DNA of 64,000 nt from the NCBI GenBank assembly GCA_964187785.1, contig OZ076417.1, forward strand, positions 36,890,001 to 36,954,000, given 5' to 3'. Both the position numbers and the translations under genes were made by a program. The notes under the pieces were generated by a model. The model was not told the DNA's origin and ran no database searches. It worked only from the letters and a program-made list of their open reading frames with translations. Below, piece after piece: positions 62,050 through 64,000 of this stretch. Each line of letters opens with the position of its first letter. Within the stretch, counting starts at the first letter, position 1. Source of the DNA: Amphiscolops sp. MND2022. Its lineage: Eukaryota.

Positions 62050-64000
62050 TTCTGCCCGCACGTCATGGACATTAGGTTGGTCGCTTTTAAGTTTGTCAGC
62101 ACTAAACTTGATCAACGTCAAGTTTCAACTAATCACACTTCCTCCACTGTGAAATTTTGTGAACCATTGTGTTTGAACTTCCAGAAGTTTTCTGAAGTGC
62201 GGCAAAACGGAAACGATTCCAGGAACAGCCCTAATAGATGCTGTGACAACACCAGATATTGCTTCAACCACCAATGCCACTGAGCAGCCTGAGCAATTGG
62301 ACCGCGTGCCAACAACCACAACAATTTTTTAACCAATCGCCATTGTCCCGTTTTTTTTTTGGCTTCAGATAGCAGCGGTTCAAACGGAAGCTGTGTGACG
62401 TACATCACTTGCAATACCAGGGGTTGACTTCCGGGAAGAGCAAAGTGCAGTGACACTAGGGGAGCAATCAGGAGTGACGACGATTTCGCCAGTTTTGGCT
62501 ACTCGTACGAGTATTCGGGATTGAAAGAAGCCACCCGGTCCCTGGGTCTCCCTTTGTTTCATTTAGAGCCGACAGTCCAGGCGCCCAGTCAATGGCCTCC
62601 CTAAAACAAAAGCGCAGTTAGACAAGCAGCAGCGATCAGTAAACCAGCAGGGACGGTTTACTGCTTCTACTAGTGGGGATCAGGTACACGTAGGAAGGTA
62701 TCCCGACCACGTAACATCATGAAGGAGGCCTACTTTAAGTCATGATCTGGATTCGAACCTCCCAAGTCAAACCCCTTTACGGTCTACTGCCAAATTCGCA
62801 AAGCCAACATCTCAATTAATGCCAAAGAAGGCAAAGTACTAAGGCACCATTCCACTGAAAAACACCTGCAAAAGGGTCAGCGCTGGCGGTACAAGTACCT
62901 ATACAAGATTGATCTCTCCACTGAAGCTCCCGTACCCCAAGTCAGATGCAAAGAGGGCAAACAGCTGAAAACGTGTACCAAGTTTAAGGATGCTGAGTTG
63001 GTAGACCTAAGCAAGCAGCTGCTCCATTTAATGATGAGTTTATGGCCGGAGCTGACTCTTCCGAGATCAGAGCTCGAGTCCAAATATCCGTACTGGGGTG
63101 TTTCCCACATTCGTTTGGAAACATTGGCACCCTCTGGAGCTTCTGCCGTGACATTGACGTGGTAGTCAACCACCACTTCCTTTTCACGGATTTCAATTGG
63201 GGGAAGAACGGCTCACTGTAAGTATCTGTTTTGTTATTCGCATAGAAAGATGTCGACCTAACTAGGTTCTCGTAGAATCATGGTCATCTTGACTGTATCG
63301 AACCCAACTTGAAGGTGTAATCTTGTCTTTCAGGCGTTGTTTCATCATATGTTGCATGAGATTATCAACGACATCGGGCACCACGTAGTTTCCAACACCG
63401 AATAAGGCTTAAAGTTCGCTAACGATGCAGTACTTTTGGTCATCTTCATTCGCTTTTGGCAAGAGAATCAACTATGTCTAATTCCTCATGTGATGGGTGC
63501 AGTGTCCACTAAGCCGCACTTTGTCAGCTTGACTGGGTGTACTTCCCGTACGGTTCAATTATTCGACAAAAGTCCATACTGCAATAATGTAGTTCAGAGC
63601 CCGCCCCGATTGGAGGAGCTGCAGTTACAAACTCTTTTTTACAAGAAACGCTCCAGTGTTTTGGCAGAAGTGATTTCTTTTCGGTCTTGCGACTCCTAAT
63701 TGTTTCACCTGGAGAAAGTCTCCTCGAGCTGGACTGGGTTTTGCTTGCACCTGAACTGTCCAAGATATTTCTCGCTCTGTACAAGTAGGAGCCTCCCCAA
63801 GAAAAACATTTCAAAACAACTTCGTGTTTTAAGCAATCAAAATTTGCCAATTAGAGTTGACCGGACCAGTAACTTTGTGTGAAGAGCTTGTGAGCAAATG
63901 GACGTGAGTGACCAATTATCAGAATGCCTCAACGCAAGAGGTGCCATGTTTCCCAATACAGGTTAGAGCCCTCTAGCTTCCAGGACTTCAGGACGTACAT
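62050..64000 (-). mobile_element. Very decayed LTR-retrotransposon gag/pol fragments (superfamily unresolved)
   Basis: Cys-rich knuckle-like LKCFSWGGS, protease-like VGFDT, and RT-like KKKTGQWRLVK; many stops and frameshifts. Confidence 0.35.

Noticed and set aside
62740-62770. GGTTCGAATCC box-B/T-loop motif on the minus strand
   Set aside because: The flanks do not form a T-stem or cloverleaf, and it lies within decayed retroelement sequence.

Overview
This is AT-rich eukaryotic (probably invertebrate) scaffold sequence made almost entirely of nested, mostly decayed mobile elements. I cannot confidently identify a host gene, rRNA, tRNA or CRISPR array. (1) A full-length 17.2-kb Ty3/Gypsy element lies on the minus strand at 13293-30506, with matching LTRs, a CAGT target-site duplication and a PBS. 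It carries gag, PR-RT-RH-IN, an env that looks like a class III (chuvirus-G/herpes-gB-like) fusogen, and about 3.9 kb of accessory ORFs. A diverged 5'-truncated relative lies at 1788-6000. (2) A second minus-strand Gypsy element at about 37174-46800 has a TARG1/OARD1-like macrodomain inserted in Pol and a class I (baculovirus-F/errantivirus-like) env. (3) Several smaller Gypsy remnants, probable Maverick/Polinton polB remnants, dispersed repeats, a short satellite and a 200-N assembly gap fill most of the rest. Non-coding oddities are a 98-bp block identical between two otherwise diverged copies, a base-precise 625-bp inversion inside pol, a 59-bp-stem hairpin cluster, and a GC-rich rod-like fold with a cUUCGg tetraloop next to a periodic GGCCTG motif array. 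Protein family calls come from motif recognition by eye, not from database searches. Most boundaries of decayed fragments are approximate (+/- tens of bp).
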